A stretch of 64,000 nt of DNA from Octopus bimaculoides (taxonomy: Eukaryota). The position numbers were made by a program, and so were the translations under genes. Under the pieces are notes generated by a model, which was not told where the DNA came from, made no database searches, and saw only the letters and a list, made by a program, of their open reading frames with translations. Positions 34,922-48,210 of this stretch are shown piece by piece (the first letter of the stretch is position 1; each line of letters starts with the position of its first letter). The DNA is taken from assembly GCF_001194135.2 (NCBI RefSeq), contig NC_068990.1, positions 19,875,205-19,939,204 on the forward strand, given 5' to 3'.

Positions 34922-35805
34922 GTGAGTTCACCAGGAACACGCATGTCCTCAAAACGGCTCATGATGCAAAATAGACATGAACTGTGTGATGCAGAATTAA
35001 TTTTTCTCTACTCTCACAAACCTTAAAGAATCGTCAGAATTTTCCTGATTAAGAGATTACTAATGATTAATTCATTTATCCCAGTATGTGCTCGAGGAAT
35101 AATTGTTTGAAAATTTTGCTTTACTATAAGTTTCACTTATATTCGTCAGCGTAGTATGAGATATGGAGGCAGTTGATACTTATCATAAACAACTAAAGTA
35201 TATATTTACAGCTACATGGTTTAAAAGTATATAGTCGTTTAGTGTTACATTTATGCAATACATATAGATGTAATGTCAGAAATTTCTAGACTGCCCTTAA
35301 GGCGATGAAGGTATTATATAACATTTTCTTGTTAAGTGGATTTTAGTGTTTCGTTCGGGTTATCTGGTAAAAAAACCTGAACAATGATCTCAGCAGAGGA
35401 AGGAGTTCTTATTTTACTATAATTATAGATTTTACAAACATATAATTTAGCTGCCATATGGGGATCATAGCAACTTGTTAGAATTTGTGAAATTCTGCCA
35501 CAAAACAAAATATATTATATAATTATAATATATTATAAACTGTAAATTTAAAAAAAAATGTTGCTTGGTATCATTTATTGATTACTTACAATTTCTATTT
35601 TTAGATATATTGGACAGAAACAATCCGACTATTTGGTAAATTATATTTCACCAATTCCGAAAGGTGTCTCAGAAAATTAGCATTTAAACTCATTAAGCGG
35701 GAGGGTAGGGTTAAATATTTTATCCGTTGCTCAGAATATTATTCTATTTCACCATTAAATACACAACTATCTAAACACAGATTTTATTCAGTACTTACAG
35801 AAGAC

Positions 35806-35845
<40 letters not shown>

Positions 35846-36562
35846 TATTGTTAAATAATTGTTTGCGTGTTTTTTGCCTTTCATGTCCCGATTTATTAAA
35901 ATAACAAAGAAAGTGCTACAAATATATCATTTACGTCAATCTCATCAAAAATGAAAAACTGAAGATAAGTTTTTTGTTATTTTAAACAGGATATGAAGTT
36001 TCTTCATTGATATGAAATTGTGAAGCCGCCTTGTAGCGCCATTGATTGAGAAAAGCCGACGTAGTGTTCACTGTTGCAAAAACCACATCAAATATTAGTT
36101 ATTAAGTAATTTAGCTTTGATCGCTTTCCAAAGGATTTCCTCGATTTATAGTGACTCTAGTGGTAATAAAATTAATAGCTCTAGTGAAACTAATTCGATA
36201 CATCTTAAGATTAGCAAATATATGTATTCGGAACTAAGAAGCAATATTAATTATATAAATAATAGTTAGTAAGAGGTTTGAATTCAATAATTCAGTTTGC
36301 AATGTATATTACAATTATATATATGTGGTTCCACAATAACCAAGGGAAATATCATTGGCATACAATTAGAATTCTGAAGAACGCTGTATATCTTTAGGCT
36401 GAAGTGAAAAATCGATTTTTACTGGAACAGAATTAATTGATTTCAACTCAAGCACAAAATGGATCTTAGAGATACTAAAACGACACAAGCAAGTCGTTGC
36501 AACAATTTTTGGTATTGAATAATGACAAGTTTGTAATTGTATCATTAACATTGTCACTTGGC

Positions 36563-36782
36563 AGGGCGGCGAGTTGGCAAGAACGTTAACACACTAGGCA
36601 AAATATTCAGCAGCATTTTGTCCGTCTTCACATTCAGGGTTCAAATTCCGCCGAGGCCGACTTTATCTTTTTTAATTTGGGTATCGATAAAATAAGGACC
36701 AGTCGAACATTGGGGTCGATATAATCGACTTACCCACTCCACCTGAATTGCTGGCTTTGTGCCAAAATTTGAATTCAATATT
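36563..36782 (+). mobile_element. SINE family B, full length
   Basis: gggcggcgagttggcaagaacgttaacac...ggttcaaattccgccgaggccgacttt...gtatcgataaaataaggaccag...ggggtcgatataatcgacttaccc...gctttgtgccaaaatttgaa. Confidence 0.85.
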
Positions 36783-38008
36783 ATCACTAGACGTAAATCT
36801 ATTTCCAATGTGCTACTGTAAATTAATTCTTCTGTTTACGGCAAATTTTATGCGGATTAATGTATTATATTCACAGTTGTTCATTTTGGTGTTAACTGCA
36901 AATATTTATATCATTTAATATTCTATTTTTGTGCATTACAATGAGATATCTCACAATATTTGTAGAATTTACGTCTCCTATGACTACTCGATATAGAATT
37001 TCTACGTCGATTCAAACTTATATAAGTTAGAATATCTAACTTCTAATATATTAAGCATTTCACATTCCCTAATGTTACTATTAGCTTTTATTTAAACAAT
37101 CCCATTTGATCCTTGACGATCTCTGTCATATTAATGTTTAGACCACTCCAGTCCATCATGTCCATATAATCACTTAATTCAAAGCTTTCAAAGAACACGT
37201 TTTCTAAATTTCAACGTGGTTGTTACAAAGAAAATTATAAAAAAGGAAAGCGATGAGAAAGTTCACAGTGAACTGCTTAAAAATGTTTCTCTCTGAGCCG
37301 GAGCTAGATGTTTGATACTCTTCTATATTAAAGAGTGCACCTTCCATACGTAGCTGTTCAATTGCGCATACAAATGAATCGTGTTTTGTTGCCCTTTATT
37401 CTTGTGGAAGCAATGGCTCTAGTTCCCCCCAAATTGTATATTAGACGGTGTTCATCTTATATGATATACTTTTTTTTGCATGTCTTTTTCACAGCGTGTA
37501 CTTTAAATTAGATGCATTGAGCGCTTGCAAATCCCGCTCTCCATCCGCGCTCTTTTAAGTTCATGTGAAAGTTGTTATATCAATTAAGAAGGATAATAGT
37601 TTCCTGTACAATCCAATTACTGCCTGAATATCTAGTACAAAGGAAACATTAGTGAACCATTCAACATCTCAATTATTAACCCAAAGCCAGGTCATCATTA
37701 TCTTTATACATGTCAGTAATCGCTTTATTCACTATCTTCATTTAAATATTAAGTGGACGCCTCTTTGTCGGTTCAACAGTAGGGATGACCCACACGTGCT
37801 CACTTCATCCGTCTTGTATAATAAATTATATTTGACAAATGCTCAGGTTTGTTGCTTTTCATTGTTACTACTAGATACGGCGTTCATGATAAGTTTAACG
37901 TTTTTCTTCCCGAAAGAAAGGTATCCTGAATAAAATTTCATGATATAAGTAAATTTTCAGAAGATATATGATTTTCCACATCTTCGAGGACTTTCGTTCA
38001 GTATTTCG

Positions 38009-38083
<75 letters not shown>

Positions 38084-40410
38084 AGTAACGTGTAAAACAA
38101 GGATAAAACAATTCGTTGTGACATGTGAGGAGTGATGTATGTTTGAATGAAATAACGAAATAGCATACAAGAGGCAAATAGATTTATATTCTAATGAAGC
38201 GGGAGAGGGACTAATGGGTGTGATTCGTGCAAAATTAGTCAGAAAAGCGATGGAAAAGTGTGATAGTAACAGCAAGAGTCAGCAAAAACTGAACAGGTGG
38301 AAGAGAGACAAGAAGTATGAGGTCAGGAACTGCGAGTAAGGGGTAGAAAACGAGAGCAAGGAAAAAAAAAGGGGGCATTAAACAGACACAGAAAACTCCT
38401 TACATCATACGTATTCTCATCCGGAAACATAAATGTTTCGGCTCTAGAAAGCCCCAATCAGCTAATCTGGATTATAGTTGGTCTCCAGCTCACTACTGTA
38501 TTTAAAAATTACAACTAAAGGCGACAATACAATAGACGGTGTGCAATTTAAACAAGAAGTGGAAACCCGTAAGAAGAAGCTACACAGAGCGACAAATTCA
38601 GAAATAAAGTTTTAAGCCTTAACCATGAAATCATTCAGCTCTAGACAAAAACAAAACACGTCTCAACGTAGGGGAGAATAGAAATAAACAATACCCATGC
38701 ATTTTTGTAGTATTTTGTATATGTTTGAATGTCGTTTGGCATGTGCGTGTTGATGCCTGTCCGCATGTATTTGTACATGTATTCGTGTGCATCCGTATAT
38801 ACAAGTGAATATATGTATGTCTGTGTCAACTGTTGTTTATGCATATGCGTGTATTTCATTTCAAGATATGTGTATGTATGTTCGGTCAAATTTTGAAGCG
38901 TTTAATTCATATAACTTACCGCTCCAGCATGGTTATACTTCTATAAATCTGTTTAAATTCTGAATGTAAATCTCTGCATGTCAAACACTGTTGTTATTGC
39001 TTTTGTATATCAGCACACACGTCATTTAAGCAAGAGTTTCGAATAAATCTGCAAACCAGTTACTGTATTGTTTATGACCATATTACCCCACCGTAGTTGA
39101 TATACCTTTCCTCTTTCCTGTACTAGTAAATAAAATTATACCATGTACGGCCTTATACCGTTACGTACTCTTTACCAAAAACTGTAGCTTCCAAGTTCTG
39201 TAAAGGTTAGTAATCGTTTGGAATTTCATAGCACAAAGTTTTGAATGTTATCAGATTCAGTTATGTCACTTTCCTAGCAGTAGAATGTTATACATTCCCC
39301 TTGGCAATTTCTTTAACTGTATATAATGTCTGTATTTAAACTATTTTTATTTTGTTAATATTTTCTGTCAGAATATAATACATTCATAGTAAAAATGCCA
39401 ATTGTCTAAATTGAGTTGAATTTGTTTAAACCCCCGGCAAAATATGTCATTAAAAAATATTGCAGCGTCAACAAGAAAATAATTATACGAAACCCAAAGA
39501 GCATAATTATTTCACTAAAAACAGTTGGCTATTCAAGTCGTCGTTTATTTGAAATCTAAGAAAGAAACACTGCAAAGGTTGTAAATATGAATTATTTATT
39601 GTTTATATTTAGATGTAAAATATGATTATCTTATTCTATTTTACGCACGCACAAAGAATTGACTGAATTAGTAGCGTGACCAGCAAAACGCTTTGTGGTT
39701 TTTACGTTCTGATTTCCAATCGACTGGTGCGGTTTCATCTCTCCAGTGGGGATAATATACACACCAGCGAAGTATTAGGGACGACCTGATCGAAATTTTC
39801 TCGATTCTATGCCTGTTAAATGTGACGACTGGTTAATATCTTCTCAATAATTACATTCAAATCATCTTTAATTTATTTACGCTTCCTATGTTCGTTTAGC
39901 AGTCACTATCTATAATTCATCTGGAAGCCTAGCCAAACATAATTTGAATTAGTATATAATACTAATTAAATAATTACAATATTGCACTCTGTAGATGTGC
40001 ATATATGCGCCAGAGGCAGAGTGTGATAGCGGGAAAGATTATCATGTCTTACAGGAAAGCTAAGGCCCACTTAAAGCTGGCTAGAGCTCACTCAATTAGG
40101 TGTTATCTCTCAACAGTTTGATTGTCTCAATGAGTACGTGGGACTTAGAGATACAAATAAACTGCACCAAACACAACATCAAACGAAATAAGAAGATAGT
40201 CTTTAGGTTGTGGTGCTTGAGTGTACAGATCCTGAATACTTTACTGACAGAGAATATCCTGAAGACCAGTGCAACACGAAAGGCAGCAGTGATAAATAAC
40301 TAGGTGTTAAAACTAAGTAGTCATCAGAAAACTAAGACAAATCTGGTTGAAACAGGAATCCTACTCGTGGGAGACGCGACAGCATTTCATGGCAGGGAAA
40401 CGAATGATAA

Positions 40411-40497
40411 TGCAGTCAGTGTATTATCAAAACGGTTGTATGATAATACACTGACTGCAATGTGCAAGTGGCTGAGTATACTCAGCCACTTGTACAT
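40411..40497. repeat. two abutting inverted repeats
   Basis: Perfect 19-bp arms 40411-40429 and 40441-40459 with an 11-nt spacer, then a 38-bp loopless palindrome 40460-40497 with one G-T mismatch. Confidence 0.95.
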
Positions 40498-42124
40498 TAG
40501 CAATCAACTAACTGAATGCTGTTTTTTATAACTGATGCATGATCAATCACATACATATTCGAAACATATCGAACTGCTATCCATGCTACTACAACTTTTA
40601 CAGAAGGTAATACAATACCACTAATAATAGTTTGAAAGAGCTAGCTATTTTAGAGAGAGAGGATAAGTCTATTACATTGTCCCCAGTGATTAGTTGGTAC
40701 TTATTTTATCGTCCGAAAAGACAAAAGCACGAGTCGACTTTGGTGGCGGGATTAAATGTTGCTACTCAATTTTATAAGGTGCGGTCGATTCTGCTTTCTC
40801 CCTGACTTGATGACGTCGACGACGAAGTGAACAATGTTAAGGACATCGAAGATTGTGGTGATGACGAAACGACCACGAGGACGACAATACGATGATGAAA
40901 ATGATAACATTGGCTTTGGCAGAGGAGCTGGTAGTGTTAGTAACGATCATCATTGTGGCAGTGGTGGTGGTGGTAGTAGTGCCGATAGTGACGATGATGA
41001 AGAGAAAACGCATATGAACCGATGCTGATTTGAATAATTTGATCATACCAATATTATTAAAGAGAGAGAGAGAGAGAATGATTATTCTAATATAATTTTT
41101 GTAAATGTACTCAGTATTTTTATTTATGATTTAACCAGTTTTCTGGTTAAATATTCTGCTTTCGAATGAAAATTATAAATAAAAGAGAGCTTCCCTACTT
41201 TCATCCTTAATAAGAAGGTTTAAGAAAAGTCATCCATCATCTGAAGGCGTGCTAGATGCATCAATCACAACCTTACTAAACTAACAATAACTATTAACAC
41301 TTCGTCGGACTCTCGTGAGTCACGATTCCCCGAGTTAGTTTCATAAGAACGCAGTATCACTTGTGATCATTGATCACGTTTTGATACGGTATATTGTTGA
41401 TGGATTTACATTAATTTAACTTGCAAAGGAAACATACAAATGTGTTAATATCACTTTGAATAATATCGAATATGTACGTTACTGCGTGTAGCTGTCAGAA
41501 ATAATACAATACCCTAAGAATATTTTGTGGAATTTATGTAGGATAGTAATAGGGGAAGGTGCACGAATGTAACGAGGTGAATAGGAGACAGATAGATAGA
41601 CAATGTTAGTGGTTACAACAGTTAGACAAAAATTCGAATGTTAATGTATGAAATATAAACACACAAAATAATAAAATAATAAGAAAATAACAAAATAATA
41701 AAATAATAACAAAATAATAAAATGATAATAAAATAATAATTTAAGTTGTTCACAGTGGATAATACCCAGAATAAAGGAGGAGAAGAAATATATTACCATT
41801 TTGAGTGAAACTTTTTGGTAAAGTAGAATAAGAAGCACAATAAAGGAAAGAAGAAACGAAACGATATCTATTTAAAGCGAGTGTGTTTATCTTTCTGCTA
41901 CATACTTTAGAGTGTATATAGTCTATAGTCCCCTTCGTGTTCTAAATTTAAGTTCCTGTATTTTTTGACAGATATTTGGGAATTTCAAAACTGGTTTTTC
42001 GTGACGTCGACACATTCATCTTACAAATCTACCGACGCAGATATTGATTATGTTTTTAACAATTTGGAGCACTTGTCTTTGTGGTGTTGGTAAAATAACG
42101 CTATTTAAACTTGAAGTTGACCAT

Positions 42125-42300
42125 ATAAGCAAAGGCTTGGTAGTGTCTTTAAGAAATTCGCATTACAAGTTTATAGTTTCAGGTTCAATTCAAACAGCAC
42201 AACATGAACAAATATCCCCTACTATAGCACCGGCTTGATCAATGACTTGGGAATGCATCTTGCAGAAGAACACTGCGTGAAAGACTTTCTTTACACACAT
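42125..42300 (+). mobile_element. old SINE family A head
   Basis: ggtagtgtctttaagaaattcgc...caggttcaattc...tatcccctactatagcaccggcttgatcaatgacttgggaatgc followed by (CA)n. Confidence 0.45.
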
Positions 42301-42429
42301 ACACATGCATGTACATGATGTTTGCATTCCAGTGTCTGAAATAAAAGTATAAATGAAAAAATATTCAAAAAGTATATAAAGTCGCTTCATGTCCGTAACG
42401 TTGAGCTAATTATTATTATATTGTTATCA

Positions 42430-43250
42430 ATCCTTTTGAAATTCGCTTTTGAAGAAAATTATGATTTTCCCAGTCTATGTATCGTGGTTCAATTTCAAGT
42501 GTATTCCCAGTTATTTTTTAAATCGTACAGAAATATGAAAATTTAATTCGGCTTCGACACGACATTATTTGAAACAGAAATACAATCTACAGAATATTCT
42601 GAGTAATATCAGAAGGATAGATCTCAGAATCCGTCGAGTGCTGCATAAAATCTCTTGTTTGAAACGACAATTGAGTCACATGTTTCAAACAAACACGGCG
42701 CTGATTTTCTATTCTCTTCTCGAATTCCATTTCCCCATTCATAAGTTGTTTCGAGACACTCATCTGACATGCAGTATACAAGGCCCACATATTCTAAATA
42801 TTACTGGAAATCCTTTTGAAGTTATTTTCTAATATCCTGAGAATACCAAAGTGATAGATTGAAGTATTTGTAAGATGTTTCTACATATAATCCCTTATCT
42901 TCATTTAGTTACAATGTTTCATATTTTATGTCAAAATCATCTGAGATCGGTTGTCTTACACTCTTTAGGATTCCATAAGATATAATATAATCAGTTCACG
43001 GGACGAGAGGTTATCGGTTATGTCATTCCCTTGAAGTTTATGGCCTCCCCTTCCTGTTTTTCTCTATCAGAAATCAATATCTTGACAACTCTCACTGTTG
43101 CATACACTGCTTTCTAAATACCGATTGTATTTGAGCGGTTATTGTTGCAGTGTTTGTTGAGAAATATAAATAGCAACATAACACTGTTACTATATATTAC
43201 TAAAATTTACTCTATGAATCCAGTAAGAATTAACTGTGCAGTAGGATTCT
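42430..43250 (+). pseudogene. possible decayed LRR-LRRCT-TM (Toll-like/LRR receptor) coding relic
   Basis: Segments ENLIRLRH, NILSNIRRIDLR and HILNITGNPF (a last-LRR/LRRCT-entry-like motif lacking the cysteines), later a hydrophobic stretch ILTTLTVAYTAF*IPIVFERLLLQCLL. Broken by stops and frameshifts. Pattern recognition only. Confidence 0.33.
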
Positions 43251-43312
43251 CACTGGATATATGCTTCTAACTTTTAATGCCTGCTTTACAAAAAATGTCA
43301 TGTGCTATGTTA

Positions 43313-43375
<63 letters not shown>

Positions 43376-43380
43376 CATTA
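43313..43380. repeat. (TTA)n microsatellite
   Basis: Read directly from the sequence. Confidence 0.97.
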
Positions 43381-43382
43381 TT

Positions 43383-43548
43383 AACGCGGTGAGCTGTCGG
43401 AATCGTTAGAACGCTGGGCGAAATGCTTAGTGGTATTTCGTCTTCTGCTACGCTCTGAGTTCAAATTCCGCCGAGGTCGACTTTGCCTTTCATCCTTTCG
43501 GGGTCGATAAACAAAGTTGCGTACTGGGATCGATTCTAATCGACTGAT
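43383..43548 (+). mobile_element. SINE family B, well conserved
   Basis: gcggtgagctgtcggaatcgttagaacgctgggcgaaatgcttagtggtatttcg...ctgagttcaaattccgccgaggtcgactttgcctttcatcctttcggggtcgataaa. Confidence 0.92.
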
Positions 43549-43550
43549 AC

Positions 43551-44870
43551 CCTTAATATATTTTTCAAAGCCCTTGGAAACCGCTCCTGATGCTCCAATT
43601 ACCACGAGTATCACCATTACTTTCCCCATTTCCCATAACTTTCCTATCTTCTTCCGCAGTTTCGTCCTGCAGTGGCTGGTATTTCAAATTTTTTTCCTGT
43701 TTCCTTACATTTCACCCTCGAATCGCCTGGTATTGAAACATCTATTATGTTTACGTCTTCACTTTTATGGATGAGCAAGATATCTGGTCGTTTCGACTCT
43801 CTATGACTTGGTTCCACTGCATGTTGAAATCCCAGGGTATTTTGTATTGCTCCCTGTGACTTGAGTTCATACTATTATTCGACTCCTTTGAAGTTTGGTT
43901 TAACGCACAACAGCCAGTGGATATATCTGGCCACATTGTCGTGTCTTCTTTTGCATTCGCATTGTGCGAGCTAACAGCACTCACTAACAGTATGGCTTAT
44001 ACTTCCTCCCTTCTCAGAGCACAACCTACACTATGGTGAGTCAGTGCCTTTATCAGTGTGATATTTGGAGTAGTTTGTTCTGAGAGCTTGTTCCTGAGTA
44101 ATGCACACTAAAGCCTCAGTGGACCCTTTTAAGTCTCGTTTCTGCAGCCATTGACAGGTTCTATTCCAATCAATCTTACCTTTATTCTTCAAAACCTGAC
44201 CGTGCATTTTCTTGTCCTGCCAAATTTCCTTCTTCTGCTCTCTCTGACCTTTCTTAATTCGTGTTGAATCTACGGCTTCGTTCCCTGTTAAGGTTCCCTG
44301 CATTTTCACTGCTTCAATCGTTTCTTCTTTACTCAACTTGACATTCTCTCCAGGCTATTCTCATCTTCCCTTACACAGCCTTCAAAACACACCAATCTCT
44401 GTCCTCCTTCTTTCCCCTTTACATACAATCTTGACACATCACACTTGACGTATAGTTCCATCTTCATTGTCATTAATTTCCGTGTTCTCCGCTCTATCAC
44501 TTGTAATTCAATGTAATTGAATGCTCCTTCCAAGATACTATTCCTGCGCCATATCTTATCAAAGCAACAGCTCACGTGTTAATTGCCTTAATCTTACAAC
44601 GGCCATTGAGCCTCGATTGGAGCGCAAGCCGAGTTCTCCTCAAATACTCTTCTCTGTACATTTCTTTCATCTTGAGTTCATTCATCTTACCACTTTCAAT
44701 GATATCCACGTACTTGTATCCTTCTTCTCCGTTTTCCTTTATAATTTCGCCACTTTCCAGCTTTCCAACGTCAATAGGATTTTGGAGGGATATTTCGTTA
44801 GAGTTTCTCATACGAACATATACAGGCTTGTTTTATTGGTTCAAGACACATTAAGTAAGGAACCTTTTTG
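43551..44870 (-). mobile_element. R4/Dong-like RLE LINE fragment (RT thumb to endonuclease)
   Basis: GYKYVDIIESGK...MKEMYREEYLRRTRLALQSRLNGRCKIKAINT; SRLYVKGKEGG; WQDKKMHGQ...TEALVCITQEQALRTNY; IPWDFNMQ; KVMVILVVIGASGAVSKGFEKYIKGI. Many frameshifts. Confidence 0.9.
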
Positions 44871-45578
44871 TTGTTATGCTTGCTGTTGAAATTATAAACG
44901 TTTAATCTCAAAGCAGCCGAGGCTGAGGAGGGATTTCAATGGTTTATTCAACCTGTAACATCTACTTGTTCTACATTCATAGGATCGTATTATCGAATGT
45001 ATTTATTACGAAGCTGTAATGTAGAACTAGAGAATAAGTTGATTTAGCATCCAACATTTCGCGTTATAACTTGCAGGCTCCCTTGTTCAATTGTTATGAA
45101 TAAATATGTAAGCCTTGATAGAGACGGGAATTCTAACGTTCAGCCTGGAGGATTGCAAATCCGGTTTCCTGTCTCCATGTTTGAAAATACTATGGAAAGA
45201 CTTTTGTCACCATTTCCCGTACTAATTTACTTCTCGTGTTGTTTTTTAATTCTTGAGTTATGTTTCAGATTTGTGGAGAAAACGTTGAAAATATAGCCTA
45301 AAGACGGCTTAGAAATAGAAACCAAATGACAATGAAATCCCTTCTTATCGTTATGATAAATTTTATAGGAGACTGAATAATGTTGGCTTGCGGCATACCA
45401 TTTCGAATACAAAAAAAAAGATAGGACAAAAATAATTCGAATCGAAACTTTGGTTGTAGTTCCTAACAAGCTGCTTCAATGTTCAAGACTGACCTGGTGT
45501 TAATAAGCAAACTTTAAACGTGTCACAGCTTGGGGCACGTTCCAAACACCCGGAGTTGTACTGTAGCACTGACAACTT

Positions 45579-45674
45579 TTCTTCTTCTTCTTCTTCTTCT
45601 TCTTCTTCTTCTTCTTCTTCTTCTTCTTCTTCTTCTTCTTCTTCTTCTTCTTCTTCTTCTTCTTCTTCTTCTTC
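45579..45674. repeat. (TTC)n microsatellite, about 32 units
   Basis: Read directly from the sequence. Confidence 0.97.
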
Positions 45675-48041
45675 CTCCCTCTCCACCCACCTCTAGAATT
45701 GCTTTCTTATTCACAAGCTTCACTTATGAGGTGTCGCTCTGAGGCTTTCACTCGTTCTTTTCCCCTACATCTCCGCATTAAAGCCCTTTTCGGGGCTACT
45801 TCGTTTGAAGTCACACTATCGGGTAACTAATTTCATTTTATTACATAACTGAGTTCAGAATTTGGGTATTCATAACTTATTGGAAATTCCAAAAGACAAG
45901 ATCCCGTGTAAGACAGTTCGGTATTCTCTGTAAATGGACAAAACCGTTTTAAGGGCTACATACTTTGTATTGTTGTTATTGGATTAGCAAAACAATTATG
46001 AGAACGGAATCAAGTGATAAGCCCCGCTTTCCCAGGAATTACCGGGTACGTCAACTATTATATACATACACGCACATACACACATTCATACATATATGTG
46101 TATGTGTGTGTGTATGTGTGTGTATGTGTGTGTATGTGTGTGTATGTGTATGTGTGTATACTTTCTTAGCCCCTTTTTCTTTTGAGCTGTTTTTCATTAT
46201 AACGATATAAAAGTGTTTTGTAGTCAGCTCAATCTACAGCCAATCTCCAAAGTCTGCAAATATAGCGGCAACGTAAAGTTAATTGCTATTGATGAGATAT
46301 ACGAAATACCAGCACTAGCATGGAACCGAATAACACTTACACAGTTACATATGCGTCCCTGCGCGTGTCTCTGCCAATGTGTGAACGTACGTGTGTATCT
46401 CGAAAACTTTCAGACAGTATATATATATATANNNNNNNNNNNNNNNNNNNNNNNNNNNNNNNNNNNNNNNNNNNNNNNNNNNNNNNNNNNNNNNNNNNNN
46501 NNNNNNNNNNNNNNNNNNNNNNNNNNNNNNNNNNNNNNNNNNNNNNNNNNNNNNNNNNNNNNNNNNNNNNNNNNNNNNNNNNNNNNNNNNNNNNNNNNNN
46601 NNNNNNNNNNNNNNNNNNNNNNNNNNNNNNNNNNNNNNNNNNNNNNNNNNNNNNNNNNNNNNNNNNNNNNNNNNNNNNNNNNNNNNNNNNNNNNNNNNNN
46701 NNNNNNNNNNNNNNNNNNNNNNNNNNNNNNNNNNNNNNNNNNNNNNNNNNNNNNNNNNNNNNNNNNNNNNNNNNNNNNNNNNNNNNNNNNNNNNNNNNNN
46801 NNNNNNNNNNNNNNNNNNNNNNNNNNNNNNNNNNNNNNNNNNNNNNNNNNNNNNNNNNNNNNNNNNNNNNNNNNNNNNNNNNNNNNNNNNNNNNNNNNNN
46901 NNNNNNNNNNNNNNNNNNNNNNNNNNNNNNNNNNNNNNNNNNNNNNNNNNNNNNNNNNNNNNNNNNNNNNNNNNNNNNNNNNNNNNNNNNNNNNNNNNNN
47001 NNNNNNNNNNNNNNNNNNNNNNNNNNNNNNNNNNNNNNNNNNNNNNNNNNNNNNNNNNNNNNNNNNNNNNNNNNNNNNNNNNNNNNNNNNNNNNNNNNNN
47101 NNNNNNNNNNNNNNNNNNNNNNNNNNNNNNNNNNNNNNNNNNTGTGTGTGTGTGTGTTTGTGTATATATATATATATATATATATACATATATATGTATA
47201 TATAAATATGTATTCATGTATACATGTATACATATATGTATATGTGTATATATGTATATTCATACATATAAAATTATACTATTGTTATTATCATTATTAT
47301 TATTACTACTATCGTTATTATTATTTCATAGCATAGATTATCCAAAATCATTATATTCTCATTAACTGTTAGAATATACACTGACGCAGAGTTGTTATTT
47401 AGTTTTATATAGAGAGAAACTATACAGAAGTTTCGATTCATAGCTACATCTAAAACTTTGGTTGAGAAATAATCCTCGATACCAACTTATCTATTAACGT
47501 GCGTACCAAAGATTCTTTTGTTCAAATAAAAGAAATATTAAAGTGATTTCTAACTAAGTACTTCGTATAATTTTGGGTACGCATCGAAGTCTGACAACTC
47601 AGTATTTCACTATTTATTTCTCTATGTTTTTTTCTTGAATTCTTTTATTATTCACTCTTTTTTTCTTTTTTAATAAACCTCTTACAATTGCAATCCGTAT
47701 ACAATACTGCTTCGCTAAAATAGAAAGAAAAGCAAAACAAACAAACATCTATCAGATACGGTAGTTGATGTCTGTCTTCAGTTCTCGTCTACACTTACAC
47801 GTTTCTGGTTAACTTAAGAAATGGTTGTTTCAATGAACCTTTATACGTGTAGATTAACGTCATTCCGATATTTTGCACTTGTTCTTGATGCACCATTGTA
47901 TGAATTTGCTTGGGTTCGTGTACCACTATTTAAGTATACACATATTCGAGAGGAAATGTATCTATGTTGGATTACGTACATGCGTATTTATATGTACACA
48001 CACACACACACACACACATGTATATTGAGGAACAGAAGCAA

Positions 48042-48210
48042 TCAGAACTTTGGATAATTCTTTATTAGCGCATTCGTTCGTTTATGGAACTAGTCAAGAC
48101 AAAGTCAAGTTAGAATCAAAACAAATTGTGAGGCATTTTGATTGTGATTTTGTCTTGACGAGTTCGATAAACGAACGAAAGCGCTAATAAAGAATTATCC
48201 AAAGTTCTGA
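48042..48210. repeat. long inverted repeat / foldback element (66-bp arms, 4 mismatches)
   Basis: 48042-48107 tcagaactttggataattctttattagcgcattcgttcgtttatggaactagtcaagacaaagtca versus the reverse complement of 48145-48210. An inner aatcaaaa/ttttgatt pair extends the stem. Confidence 0.92.

Noticed and set aside
45483-45742. Poly-Glu, poly-Arg and poly-Leu ORFs (and similar poly-Ile/Asn/Ser ORFs at 16690-16959, 24661 and 48989)
   Set aside because: They are pure microsatellite translations.
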